Assembly: GCA_964187785.1 (NCBI GenBank)
Contig: OZ076409.1
Span: 24,492,001-24,556,000 of the forward strand
From: Amphiscolops sp. MND2022
Taxonomy: Eukaryota
Direction of reading: 5' to 3'
Length of the DNA stretch: 64,000 nt
A program made the translations under genes and the position numbers. Under the pieces are notes generated by a model. That model saw only the letters and a program-made list of their open reading frames with translations. It ran no database searches and was not told the DNA's origin. Shown in pieces: positions 23,168 through 37,102 of this stretch; positions within the stretch are counted from its first letter, which is position 1; the number at the start of each line of letters is the position of its first letter.

Positions 23168-25613
23168 TTTGCTATTTCTGCATTTGAGTTATATGATACA
23201 GCTGACCTATTCTCAAAGCATATCATTCTTTGACAACAAATTGCCTTATAAATTCTTCTTCAAGTTTTGCTAATTTGTTTTTTTTTTTCGTTTCAGAATG
23301 AGTCCCCTTTTAACGGTAATATTTATATGTGCATGTTTTCTGCGTGACAAATGTATATTAACTTCTTAGCCCTGTTCGATAAATGCATGTTCTCCTGATT
23401 TCTCTACTTATCTTTTTGTTTTTTTTTTCAAGTAATAAAGCTTATAGTTTCAGTTCTTTCGAAAAATCTACCTAAAATGAATAGATTTACTTCCGCAATT
23501 TTTATGAAATGAGATCTTATCCCAAAAAAGTTGTCGTAAACATAGAGGCCACTATTCTTTTCAATATTAAGCTTTTAGAACTAGTAATACATATTCGGGA
23601 CCCAAGTGAGAGGGCCCCTAGTGTAATTTTTAGACCAAAAATCGGTGACCTCTTCTAATCACATAAAAATTTCAAGAGGACAAAGTGACTCGTCTCTTTG
23701 TATGCCCCTTATTTGAATCCCCGGAATACATAATTTTAATTATACCAGTCTACATGTTTTTCTTGAGTTTTTTCACAGCCATTTTTCACTTGAGTATGGG
23801 TTCTGATTGGCTCAATCATTTTCCAACTTCTCTAATTGTTCAAAACGTTACTGATTTGTTCCATTTTTATTTTTACGCCTACTAAACCCAATCAGTTGTT
23901 CTTTTTATGAGGTATAGTAATTAAGCGTCTTTCTCTCAATGTAATGAAGTTCAGTTATTGACTAAGTATATTTAGAGCGATTTCCTAAATGTTGTATTTG
24001 GACAATCTGATTATACAACACAATCACACTGACAGCTCTCAATCATTGAATTTTGGCCATTTTTGTGTTTTTGGACGGTTCAGGTATGTAACTAGTAAAA
24101 ACATCATGAGCGTAATTAATGACAGGTTCCTACTTTGGTGACAATCTTTTTCGTTCAAATTGTATATTCAAAGATGCCTGGTAATCTGTTTCGAACCTAA
24201 TAACTGAGTTTATAACCTCTCGGCACCAGTGATATCTTTCAGTAATATTGATTCTTCTTAAGGAGTGGTCGGAGTAATTGAAATAAAACTCATAACCTCT
24301 TGACAGCCGCATTTCAATGATACCCTAACTTTCATGTGAGCCTAATTGATTGCATGAATTTTTCACAAATACAAGTAAGCAGCGATCCCAAGATTCATGA
24401 ACGTTGTCACAATATACAAGCAGTACAGGTTAGGAAGTGGTCTTAATTCAGTGCTGCTTTTCTTGAGTTTTATCAACTTTTTGTTTTACCATTTTGGTAA
24501 GCAATCACGGGCTAACTTTCTACTGATTTTTTATTCTTGGAAAGGAAATCATGTGGTACCTCCCTTCAGAGGTTAATTATGAAGAGAAGGGTTGTTTATT
24601 CTCGATGGAAACTGCCTGGTATTGTTCTAAGCGAAGTCATCTAAGTGCATGGTGTAAATTTCAGCAGACACTTTTATGAAGATTCCCAGATGATTGAGCA
24701 GGAAAAGAGCGGATATTAATCCACTGCACTCCAGTAGCCAATTTTGTGAGAGCCAGATTTTAGTTTAACGGCCGTTTCCACGCCAATCCTGTCGTTGATT
24801 TATTAATGCATTTCGCATGCGTTCGTTCAGTCCCGTCGTGCTGTTTCCTTCAGAAATAATGAGAAAAGAAGAGTAGAAATCAACTGCCGGCTATGAAGCT
24901 TCATTTTATTATTATTCCTCTCTTTCAACCAATCAGGTGCTAGATCAGTGGCTTGTGTCTGTCATTCTTCATCCCCATCGAAAATGTCTATTCGCAAGTT
25001 TAAAAAATTCGATAACGCTTTTTCTCCTTTTTCGTTCGTTGCATCCTCAGAATTATAATTCTCTGATTGTACGTATACCATTAGTTGATAGTAGTACCAA
25101 TAATTGTCTCTGCGGCATTATCTTAGCGGTTAACCACAATGCTCAATAAGCTTACTCATTGGAATCATTCAGATAGGGTAGGTAAATTTCGAGAAGCAAA
25201 AAGCCAGGCGGAAATTGGAAGTGACACTTTTTATTATTCCCGATTCATCGACTGACCCATAAAAGATAGGTTGTTGTGCAAGATAATTGGCTCAGTTGTG
25301 ACGTTTTCTTTTGGCAACATTCCAACACCCTTTGAGCAAATACACTTTTTCTTCTTTGATCAATTTCCTGATTGGTAGATAATTGAAGGAGGGAAATCTC
25401 TTTACCTGAAAAAGTGAAAATTCACCTAAATGGTTTCACATTGTTTTTCTTTCGTTACAATGCAATGGCGCTAGTCACTTTCCTGTCCAAAAACCATCTT
25501 ACGCAGAAAAAGTCTTCGGTACTGATTTAGATCCGCTGTTTTCTTTTCCATGTGGTTTTAAAAATTTTTCATCAAATTTCATTTTTTCAACTTTCGGGAG
25601 AAAAGAGGAAACG

Positions 25614-25996
25614 ATGCAGGCTTCCTCTTCTTGGTATAATATGGCTTTCTGCTTCTCTTGTGTGCAGCATCATAAAAATGGTGGCCATGAAAATTTCGAA
25701 GAGAAACTTAGCGCCAAAGAAGACGAGATTCGAGAGTTGCAGATTTTATTGCGACAGAAGGACGCCGTCATTGCCAATCTCACTAACGAGATTCGTTATC
25801 TTAGAGACAACAGCAGTCAACGCGTTACGGGGTCATCCTCTAATTATAAAATTGCTGATAATGGTGCAGCACCCCATTTAAATTTGGGTTGTATGTCTTT
25901 GTCGAAGGTCAAACGGGTGGCCGTTTCTGGGGAGCCATCTGGTGAGAAAATGAGTGACCACAAGAGTTGTCTCAAGTCCTACGATAAAGCCAAGAA
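25614..25996 (+). CDS. PRKG1: cGMP-dependent protein kinase, first coding exon (leucine zipper and autoinhibitory pseudosubstrate)
   Basis: Heptad coiled coil LSAKEDEIRELQILLRQKDAVIANLTNEI; KRVAVSGEP pseudosubstrate; AA|GTAAGT phase-2 donor compatible with the next exon. The symbol denotes family likeness; the start Met is uncertain (25614 or 25641). Confidence 0.85.
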
Positions 25997-27989
25997 GTAA
26001 GTCGATTTTACATGAATTAGTCCAATAACTGCATTAGTGGCCACGATAGTGATTTCGTCATCAATTAAGTAGAGGTATATTTTATAGAAATGACAGCGAC
26101 GTTATCTGCGCCAAGAGCAAAACGGAATGGCACTTAGAGATAAGGTTCGCCGGGAAAAGAGTCTCAACCAACTGTCTTGTGGTGCAAATATCCTCATCAT
26201 TGTTTCAATGTCGAATATCTTGAAAAGGAAGCACGTTCCTTCATATCGACTTTCGTCGAAACTAGCCGTTGGACCACTGAGGACGCATCGCTCGCTTTGC
26301 TACTGCATTTAAACCGCTCTCAAGTGTGAACGTGCCTAATCAAGTTTTTATAGTTGAGGTTTTAAATAGATTTCAACATAGATTTTTATTTCGGAGCCCC
26401 CAACAACGAAAATTAGATTCATATCTTTTCTTGATTATTAGATAATAGGTAAATAAAAATCGCTTCATCTATATTGAAACTTATCTGCTGTCAGATTTCC
26501 TGGTCATGCCTGGTGTAATACAGCGATTTGGGAAATTTTGGATCTGAAAAATGAGAGCCTTGAAGCTATGAAAATTTTCTTTTATAATACCACACACCGG
26601 TATTATCTTTTGAAATTTCAGATAATTGCTACAAGAATTTCCAGACAAATTAGCCCAGTTTTCTCAGTCGTTCAGACTCCATATGGCGAAGTCTTTGTCT
26701 TCTTCGGAGAGCTGGGATGCTTTAAGGCCACTCTCATATTTTCATGCCACGAATGAAAAAGAAGAATACCTTCGTTCTCCGAGATATATTCTTCGGTTAT
26801 TGCGAGTCATCTGAATTTCCATTTGGGGTACCAAAAACGTTTTTGTCGGAAATGTGTGCAACATTTACTGAAATCGATATACTTCATCCAAATTAGAGCT
26901 GCAGTTCTGCGTTTTTCAAGCTCCAAAGTTTTTTAAGTTCTACAGAAAATTTTAATTTACCCTTATAGTTCCGCAAAAGGTTTTTCACCAGAGAGAATGG
27001 GCTATTCAAAGCTTCCACTTCCCTGATGTTTTACTCTGATAATGGACGAATAAACCTTGTTGTGTATTTACAAATTGGTTGTCATTCTTTTGGAAACCTT
27101 ATCGCAAGGGTTCTTCAGACTTCTTAGTCGGCGCATTTCATGAGAAAACATACCCGATTATTACAGTGACTAGTTTTATCTTCTTGTAGGACCACAGAAT
27201 AGAATAGAATAAATTGAATTGAATTATACAGAATGTATACTAATCCAAGCAGACAGTCGTCCGTTCTATTTCTGGAGGACTAAATATCTTTGTTTGCAAA
27301 CCCTTGTTGTGTCAAAAAGTCCCCCTTCGGTTTTCTTCGTGTTTCAACTTCCAAAACCTTTTCAAGCCTCAAGGTTTCCAGCTTTGGGTTTTTTAGGGAA
27401 ACTTTTTCGATTTTTTTTCCGAATTTTCGGCATTTTCAATGTTTTCATTGAGTTAAAAAGGTTTTGCGAGGCCGCAGGTCGCCCCTTCAGATATTTTTGC
27501 CAATCCAGTTGAGAATTTTTCAGGTTTCTCTACAATAAGCGGGGCGCTGATTTTAGACGCTCCCGTTTTGTTTAAATGTTATCATTTGTCGACTGACTCT
27601 GTCGGAATGCGTTTTGAAATGCTTTCTTTTATCTAAAATGGAATGTCCGGTTTCACCTGTTTGTGATCACGTATAACCGTGTCATTATATGCTCTCCCAT
27701 GAGAAAAATTGGTTTGTTTTGAGTCTCGTACAATGTTCAATTCGTATAATTTTGTTCTTGTATAAGCGTTAAGGATTTGGACTATCCCAGAAGTGTAGCA
27801 AATCAGGACACAGTGCATGATTCCCTCAACATCACCTCCAAGTGACATTTTAAAATCAGTAATGGCGTTAAAATGCGTTCGAAGCCATTGTATTCATATT
27901 TGTTCAACCACGGCTGTCAAAAACAAGACGGGAACGTCTCAAGTCGACACCCCACTTGAGACTCAGGAAGCGCAAAGTTTTCAAGAAAT

Positions 27990-29315
27990 ACTCAGGACTT
28001 TTATGAAAAACTTGAAAGTGTCGGAACACCAAAAGTGCGCCTTTTGTGCTCGGGAAACGCTTCAAAAGTTCGGATATAGCGTGCTGGGTCAAATGGAAGC
28101 GCTTTTTAAAACCTCCGCCTCCTCCTTAGTAAAATGCTATTTACTTTGGATACAACGGCAAAAAATTGGATATAGAGTGAACTTCTGCCTCCTCTTTAGT
28201 GAAATTCAACTTACTTCGGGTATAATGTCAAAAATTCGGATGTAGTGTGATGGGCCATGGCGTCCACAGGAGTGTGGCGGAGATTGTAAAGTGGACAATT
28301 CAATGTGAGCTTGCCTTGCCATCTGACAAAAAACTTGCCACTATTAATAGTCGGGCACATTTTCTTGAATGAGATGACTAAAAACACCTTGCTCACTCAA
28401 CAAAAGAAGGGCTCAATTGTTTGTACCGCGGAAGATGACAACCCTAGTTTTAGGCGATTTCTAGGAGAAAATAAAAAGTGGCAAGGTTTTCTTCTTACTT
28501 GTCATTGACATGTTTCTTCGATGACTTTTGAATCCTGCTCAAAAAGTATTTCAGTACTTCTGCAGCTTCAAATGCGACCTTCTGTGACCCTTCTCCATTG
28601 AGCTTGTACTGTTCCAGGTTTTTTATACAAATTGTTTCTTCGATGACTTTTGAATCCTGCTCAAAAAAGAGAGAGTATTTCAGTACTTCTGCAGCTTCAA
28701 ATGCGACCTTCTGATTCTATCACAAGTAAGAGTTGCCACTTTTTGGTTTCTTCTAGAAATCGCCTAAAAATAGGGTTGTCATTTTCCGCTGTAGAAACAG
28801 TTAAGAGGCCTTCTTTGCTTTTGTGTGCAATGTTTTCAAATCAGTGCATTTCAGACGAAAATGTGCTCAACTATTACATTGGTGTTTTTTGTCAGATGAC
28901 AAGCTCACGCTGAATGGTCCACTTCTACGATCGCCACACCTGCGGCTGCCGTGGCCCGGCACGCTATATCCGAATTGTTTGCGTTGTATCCGAAGTGAGT
29001 TGCTTTTCACGGAAGAGGAGGTCGAGGTCTGAAAATATTGCGCTACATCCAAATTTTCGACGCTATAACTGAACTATACTGCATTTTACAAAGGAGGCCG
29101 AGGTTCCAAAAAAGCGCTCCCATTTGTCTAGCACGGTGTATCCGAACTTGTGAAGTTATATCCGAAGTAAATTATGTTTCAGTAAGAAGGAAGTGGAGGT
29201 TCGAAAAAACGCTTCCATATAGCCCACCATGCTGTATCCCAACTTTGACGTTATATCCGGTGTAAAATGCGCTCTTCTAAGAAGGCGGAGGTTAGGAAAT
29301 ATTGCGCTGCGTCGG
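27990..29315. mobile_element. Large diverged inverted-repeat (foldback) element with TATCCGAA repeats
   Basis: ~28250-28500 is the reverse complement of ~28722-28960 (GTGGAC...GTGAGCTTG...CATCTGACAAAAA vs TTTTTGTCAGATGACAAGCTCAC...GGTCCAC); TTCGGAT motifs on the left, ATCCGAA on the right; related arm at 52870-53205. Confidence 0.75.
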
Positions 29316-30232
29316 AATTTGTTTTTTTTTTAGATCAGCGAACTGGCACATTCCTATAAGCATTTAAAGAAACTTAGTACAATCTAACGGACTCTTGTTT
29401 GGTACTCATATAATTGATAGATTTTACTCAAAAACGTCCTGAGCATTCTTAAATAAACTTTCGCTTTTTGAGCCTTAAGCGGGGCGCCGACTTGAGACAT
29501 CCTCATCTCGTTTATAATAGTTTGAAATCAATGTTATAAAATACTTCGCACTAGTGATTAGTCCAGTTTACAATGAGGAACGAGCCCATCTCATTAGGAC
29601 GAACTATGCTGTTTCTTTTTTTTCGGCATTGAGTTTTTCCGGTCCCCTCTTTGGTTAATTTGATTTTTACACCCAACTGGATGATAAAACAGCCCAGATG
29701 GTCCCCTCTTTTTCGTTTTTCGGCACAGTCAGTCTTTTTTAGTCGGCGCTTTTCTTAAGGAGAGAGTCGACTACAGTCATAGCTTTTCGTCAGTGTTTTT
29801 CATTTTTAAAATAATTTTTTCTCGAAACACCTGAAGTGACCAAAATATTTCTACCAAAAGTTCTACAAAGTTTTAAGAAGACGCCAAATTGTTGGCCCAA
29901 GGAACTCAACCAAAAAGATTTCCCGCGTAAAATACAATAACGGACGAGACTAAAGTGTCCCCCTTTCAGTTTTTTTCGGCATTGCGAGACTTTTTTCGGA
30001 AAAAAGTTCCCTAAGGGTCCCGCTTCAATTTTTGGAGTTTTACGACAGAATGGATGTTGAAAAATTCCAAAGGGCCCTTTCAGCTTTTTTCGGCATTGTA
30101 AGGTTTCACAAAATTTTCGGGTGCTGCAGAAGACAATACTTTGACACTTTGAAGTCCTTTTGCTATTTTTAGTCGGCGCATTTTAGTAGAAACTGTGCCC
30201 GACTATTACAGTGGGTAGTTTTTTTTAGACAC

Positions 30233-33228
30233 GTAAGGTCCACTTTTTTGTTCATTTGTTCAACAACCTCAAACCTCAACAACTCCAACCTCAGAAGCGC
30301 GTCCAAAACGAAAAGAAAACATAGGCGCAAAGGAATTTGCGCACGGCTTCGAGCGACAGGTCCCGCAGCCATAATTGACTATCATCATGTGCATTTGAAC
30401 CATATTACCAAGTTATTAGCTATGACGAATAGCTAAGGTTATATACGGCACGGTTGATATGTGCCATCACTAGCAAGTATACTTTCAGTTCTAAAAATTA
30501 GCTGAATTGTGCATCAAACAACCTTCCAGCATCAGTGGGCACCGTTGGAAACGTATTCCAGAGGATGAATAACCTGTTAAAATTTGCGAATGGGGCAAAA
30601 TCACGAAAAGATCCGAAATCATTTTTGTTTTCAATACAACGTAGTTGAATATCATTGCACAGCGAGGTGTGAATATAACTTAGTGTTGTCTTGATTTAAT
30701 CGTTGCATATGACATCAAATCTCTCAGGAATATTGCGGTAATGCATAATACCTTCTGTGCAGATATTCACTGGATAGAATACGTTAAGAACGGAAATTTC
30801 GCGGTTTTACGCTTCAAACAACCACATCATCAATAACTAACGGTGAGTATGTACTCCAGTGGTCCAATATGATCTCACTCTCGAAAACCCATACATCGAG
30901 AGGTCTGAAAAAAAACTTTGGTTTCCGACATCAAAAATGGACAAAAAAACTATTCACCGAAAATTTTACAGGCATGAGACAAAGCAAATCAATGAGCAAT
31001 TATGGAGTATATGATTCAATGTACATTGCCGATAGGTCTTCGAGCATTTTTACATTTTCTACTAGCAGTATAAATAAATAAAAACCTTCCAAGGATGAAG
31101 TCAGCATTTTTAACAACAGCCGTGCAAATAAGACAGTAGGAGGGTTACTAGGGGTAATCAGACCGCAATTTATGCATTTTTACAAGACCGATCCGGTGAC
31201 TTCGTCTATTTCACTCCTTCCTAAGATAAGTTTGGAAAATGTATATTTAAAAATTGAAGGATCAAGTATTCATTTATTTCAAGATTCGTAGTAAAGCACA
31301 ATTTGTATAATATACAATGAACTGCCCGAAAATCCAACAACATTTAAATCTTCACCAACAAATTCAGTTCCAACAATTTGTTGAGTTTTTGGATGGTCTC
31401 GAAGTATTAGGCTCCGAGAAAATAGGCCAAAACTTTTACAAAATTGAATAAAGAGAGCAATTCATCAAAAAATTCAAAAAATTTGAAAACTTTTTTGTCT
31501 CTATCTGTCCGACGTAAACGTTGTGACTTTCCAATTTCTAACTTTGGGCAGCTAAGCAGACCTGTTATCGAGTAGAAACACCACTGCTTGGATTAGAACT
31601 GATTGCTACTTGAAAATAGGTTGAGAAATTTTTTACGCAAAAAAAAACCGAAAATTTTTCCTATTTTTAATGGTCATTTTCGCAAAGCCCAATAATTCTA
31701 GGATAAAAAAACTTTCACCAAATTAAAGAAAACATCGTTTTACGTCGGTTAGTACCTACATCGGGCCAATTCGCTGTGGTTTGCGAAAAGAAAAATAGCA
31801 AAATCGACAAAAACCCTAAAAATTTTCGAAAATTTCGCGCTTTCGAAGCTAATAAAATCGCGCCGGTGGAAAATTTTCGGAAAGTTTTTACACGGTTAGA
31901 AAGAGCATCAAGTTGCGTTTCTTTTTGGAAAGTTTGGATGGTCGCGGAAAAATAGGCTCTGAGAAAATAGCCTTCAATTAATACAAATGCAGAGGGTATG
32001 TCACGCGAAAACATAGGCGCAAAGGAATTTGCGCACGGCTTCGAGCGACAGGTCCCGCAGCCATAATTGACTATCATCATGTGCATTTGAACCATATTAC
32101 CAAGTTATTAGCTATGACGAATAGCTAAGGTTATATATGGCACGAGAATGCTCAAAATATAATGAAATTGAAAAGAATTGAAAAGGAAAAAATTGGGAAA
32201 AAACGTAAATTTTCAGAATTTCAATCGCCATTTTCTCAACCACCAAAAAATGTAGCACAATGAAACTTTAAACATGTGAAAGAAGTCGGATAGGACGTAT
32301 TTTATGCCGGGTCGACGTTGTTTGTAATGTAGAAATGAGCAAAATTAGTGAAAGCTCCAAAATATTCGAAAAAAAATATGTTCCAAAAAAATTTTCGATA
32401 TTGAATCGCTATTTTCTCACTGCCCGAAAATCCAACAACATTTAAATCTTCACCAACAAATTCAGTTCCAACAATTTGTTGAGTTTTTGGATGGTCTCGA
32501 AGTATTAGGCTCCGAGAAAATAGGCCAAAACTTTTACAAAATTGAATAAAGAGAGCAATTTATCAAAAATTCAAAAAATTTGAAAACTTTTTTGTCTCTA
32601 TCTGTCCGACGTAAACGTTGTGACTTTCCAATTTCTAACTTTGGGCAGCTAAGCAGACCTGTTATCGAGTAGAAACACCACTGCTTGGATTAGAACTGAT
32701 TGCTACTTGAAAATAGGTTGAGAAATTTTTTACGCAAAAAAACCGAAAATTTTTCCTATTTTTAATGGTCATTTTCGCAAAGCCCAATAATTCTAGGATA
32801 AAAAAACTTTCACCAAATTAAAGAAAACATCGTTTTACGTCGGTTAGTACCTACATCGGGCCAATTCGCTGTGGTTTGCGAAAAGAAAAATAGCAAAATC
32901 GACAAAAACCCTAAAAATTTTCGAAAATTTCGCGCTTTCGAAGCTAATAAAATCGCGCCGGTGGAAAATTTTCAGAAAGTTTTTACACGGTTAGAAAGAG
33001 CATCAAGTTGCGTTTCTTTTTGGAAAGTTTGGATGGTCGCGGAAAAATAGGCTCTGAGAAAATAGCCTTCAATTAATACAAATGCAGAGGGTATGTCACG
33101 CGAAAAAAAAACCAAAACGCTAGTAAACGCGGAACAATAGAGACTTCGTCGCTTCGCTTCGCTCGCTCGAAGCCTCAAAAACAAAACAGACGTCCACAAT
33201 CTCGAAAACACACTAAAGATCCCACCTT
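30233..33228. mobile_element. Probable non-autonomous DNA element with internal direct duplications
   Basis: TAAGGT...ACCTTA ends; ~135 nt at 30317-30451 repeated at 32009-32143; ~690 nt at 31322-32011 repeated at 32419-33106. Confidence 0.5.
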
Positions 33229-34788
33229 AGCCCCACTTTTTCTCGGCACTATGCGACTTTTTTTGAAGTTTTTTGGATTGCACCAGAGGGTCCCCTTCAT
33301 TTGTTTCGATATTTTGCAACACAATGGATGTTAAAAATTCGCAAAGGGTCCCCCCTTTTACATTTTTCGGCTCTGTGACACTGTTCAAAAATCTCATTAA
33401 AAATTTTTTTTGGGAAATTATTTCATGTCTCCAAAGGGTCCCCCCTTCAATTTTTATAAATTTTTTGCAACCAGCTGGAGTTTCACAAAGCCCGAAGGGT
33501 CCCCCTTTTAAATTTTGAGCCTTAGATATGGCACCGACTTTGGCCGTTCTCGGCTTGTTAGCCTTAGATATGGCGCCGACTTGGGCCCGTCCCGGCTTGT
33601 TCAACTTTGTTTTGGCCCTGTGGAACTGATGAGTTCTCTCAATGATTGTGGAAAAGATCTACTGTTTTTTCGACACTGTGCGACTTTTTTTCAATACAAT
33701 TTCAACTTGGTCAAAGGATACCCCTTTCACTTTGATAAATTTTTCCGGCCTGAAAAGCGTGTTTGGCCAGCCCGGAGCTTCTTTTTCGGCGCTATGAGAC
33801 TTTCGCCCGATAAAAAATTTCAAAAAGTTGTTTCAAATCAGGGAAAAGCGATGTTCGAGTCTTATGCGAATCCCTTCTGGTATTTTTCGGTACTGTAAAT
33901 TTAATAAACTGACAAAAGTGTCCCTTGCATATTTTAAGAAACTTTGGTCTTTTGAGCTTTGAGTGGGGCGCCGACTTTGGTTGCTCCCTATTCGTTGAAT
34001 CGTTTAGTTGGCATGAATATTCACGAGGTTCAGCGACGAAAAAATTTAGATAACTGCCACATTTGTAAAAGATAAGTTTCAGGTTTTTTGAAAATTCCCC
34101 TGAAAATCCCCAACAAAGTGAACTTTTATTTTAAAAAATGACCAAGTTATACAATTTTGGTGCAATTTTTGACGATTTTGTGCAATTTTGAAATTCGAGC
34201 GTCTTCTGTAATGTTTGTGCACTTCGTGAATAATTTCCTTTAGTATTGAGTGAAGGAAAGTAAAGTTATTTTTTCAGATGTCATAAACGGTATAATTTAT
34301 AATAGATATTACGTTGCCTTCGAATACGTAAAGCATTTTCGCCCAAAAATAGCAAGACTTCAAAGTGTCAAGTATTTTCTACAGTACCCGAAAAACCGAA
34401 AAGTTGGACCGAACTGGTGCGCTAAAAGTGGGGACCCCTTCAGATTTTTTTAATCATCCATTCTGTTGCAAAATATCAAAAAATGCAGTGACCCTTCGGA
34501 GACATTAAAAAATTTTCAAAAAAATGAGAATTTCGAAGTTTCATAGTTCCGAAACTTGTAAAAGGAGGGGCACTTTGAGATTTTTCAACATCCATTCTGT
34601 TCCAAAATGTAAAGAGATTGAAGAGGTAACCGTTGGGCCCTTTAGTCTTGCCCGGTATTGTGTGTTACGCTAAAAAAAAACAACTTTTATAGTTCAGTTC
34701 CCTGGGCCAAATGGTCCAATTTTGGTACCTTAAATTGGAACTTTGTAGAACTATTAATAACACTCTAGTTTTTGATACTGATCCTCGA

Positions 34789-35147
34789 GGGTAGCATATT
34801 TGAGGCCCGAAGCTAGTGTAATTTGAGGCCCGAAGCTAGTGTAATTTGAGGCCCGATCAATTAGATGACTATTAGCGTCAGATAATATTATATCAGCCAA
34901 TATGTATTTACCTTATTTATTTGAAGAGGTTATCATATTTGTTGCATGGATCGGTCGCTTCGCTCCCTTCGCCAAGTAGCAACATTGAGGCATGACCATA
35001 TGGCACGTCGCTCAGCTTCGCTTCGCTCCTGCATTTAGGGCACTAGGGGTATGTGAATATAGCTGACTACGTTATAATAATTTCTATGAACAAATTTTTG
35101 GGCCTCAGATAATAACATTTGATTATGGGGCCTAAATAAACGTTCCC
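34789..35147. mobile_element. MITE with TTTGAGGCCCGA arm repeats and core B (minus), 8-bp TSD
   Basis: ATCCTCGA at 34781-34788 and 35148-35155; GGG...CCC termini. Confidence 0.8.
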
Positions 35148-36935
35148 ATCCTCGACAGTTGCCTACTTTATTGCGTGACATTACTTCTTTTTCAAATCTG
35201 ACTGGTTCTCAAGAAGAGATGGCAGATACCACTTACTATTATCTATGGTACTCGTCTCTTTCCATCTCTATTCGCGAGAAAGAATTCTTGAAGAATGGGC
35301 AATTTACCTAACACAGTTCATCTTTTCCATGATGTATATAATGATCTTATAGAAGTGTACAGTTATTTTACAGATCCTTTTATTATCGAATTTTGAAGGT
35401 AATAGTGGTTGTAGTTTGAGCTATGCAAACATGAGTGTTTTCGGTATTCCGCAATGAAGAACTGCCTTAGCAATAGTGTTAGACAATGTTACTTGGCGGA
35501 GAACGTGTAAAAGGTAAACTACATGTATTTTTGCATACATTTAGCCATCCAGATGTGTTCTCCTTCACAAGTTTGGAAATGTAGGTTGCACTTTCTCATG
35601 AATGGCTGATCCTTTTTGACAGGAAATGAGCTGGTGACGTTCATGCATCAATACCCGGGTTTCTGCGTTTTACAACACTGTGTGTGAGAATGGCTATATG
35701 TACGCGGAAATGGTATCTCTTGCGAAAGCCCTGAACCAAATAAGTTATCTCTTTTCCCATCCAAGTCTATCTGTCATACTACCCCAATAACGAAAGTGAA
35801 CAATGAAAAGTAATAAAATTAAGTGTCTACAGGCTCCGTTCCGTGAAAACATTGTTCCTACAATATCTTCAGTTTCGAAAGTAAGCTTTTTAAGGAAACG
35901 ACAGGCAGTCTAAACTTACAGACCAGAGTTATGCGCATAGAAAATGTTCCTGGCATTGTTCGTAACGACTCCTGGTTTTGCTGATGTTGCATTTAAAAAC
36001 TTTAATTTGAGCTGAACTCTGACAGAATTAATGGGCATCACTTCTAAGCGATCCTCCTCACGTACAGATGTGAATGCAAACGTCAACAATGATGTACACC
36101 AGCTTTAAAAGCTTTGATTACGAAGGCTCCTTTGATGCTTTGAAATACTATCCTTTCGTTTTTTAAGTCTAGAAAATGGAAGATAATTATTGAATAAAAT
36201 TGACATCAAATGCTTGTGGAATTTTGAAAAAAATAGGCTTGATTGCCCATTTGCTACTTTAGCTAAACTTGGAAACGATTGAATATTGGTGTAACAGTGC
36301 TTTATTTTTTCGTGTGTGTCAGTGGCATTGTCCTGTGATTAACAAAAAATTAAATTTCACCTGTGAGCTTTGAATAATTGATTTTACAGAATACGTTTCG
36401 AAATGGCTTAGTGTTATATTAAACTGCGTTTGTCCATTTTGAGACTTCAAAGGAACTGATTGAAGAAATTTTATTGCTCAGCTAATGTATTCGTCATTCA
36501 TCCCCACAAAAAAGGCATTTTGCAATACACGCCACGCTTTGAAAAGGGGGGGTTGAATACGATATTTCATGCACCAGAACTGAAAATAAAGTTGGATTGT
36601 CTTTTATTTTGAGCTAACTCTGCTGATCCCTCAAATCATAGTGTTTTTGGTAATAGGAGAATGTTACTTACATAAAACTCGCCTTATATTCGAGATGTCT
36701 TAAGTTGGAACAGGCAAAAAATTGAGTGTTTGTCTTGCATTAGGAGCATGCCTCAGAATTGGAGAAATACGGCATACTTTCAAAAGTAGGGCAAGGCTAT
36801 TTGTTGCTTCTTTCTGTATTTCTTCACTATTGATGTCTTACCATCTTGATGAAAACTACATAATTAGCTGCAGTATCCTTAGCTAAATAATCGTGTCGTT
36901 TTTATGTCATGGCTAATGTTGTGTTTGTTGATTAG

Positions 36936-37102
36936 AACTAAGGATCTGATCAGAGACGCCATCTTGGATAATGACTTCCTGAAGAACTTGGACGTTCGGC
37001 AGATCCAGGAGATTGTGGACTGCATGTATCCCACAGTGTACCAACCCCACGACTTCATCATCAAGGAAGGCGAAGTTGGCCATGAAGTTTACGTCATGGA
37101 AG
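36936..37102 (+). CDS. PRKG1: cGMP-dependent protein kinase, second coding exon (start of cyclic-nucleotide-binding domain A)
   Basis: [32 protein letters not shown]...[18 protein letters not shown] acceptor ending 36935 (phase 2), G|GTATGT donor (phase 1); 167 nt. Confidence 0.95.

Noticed and set aside
22906..23226. 106-aa ORF
   Set aside because: Artefact spanning the N gap
26538..26756. FFGELG as a PKG cyclic-nucleotide-binding exon
   Set aside because: It lies upstream of exon 2, lacks the AILYNC.RTA continuation and has no convincing splice context
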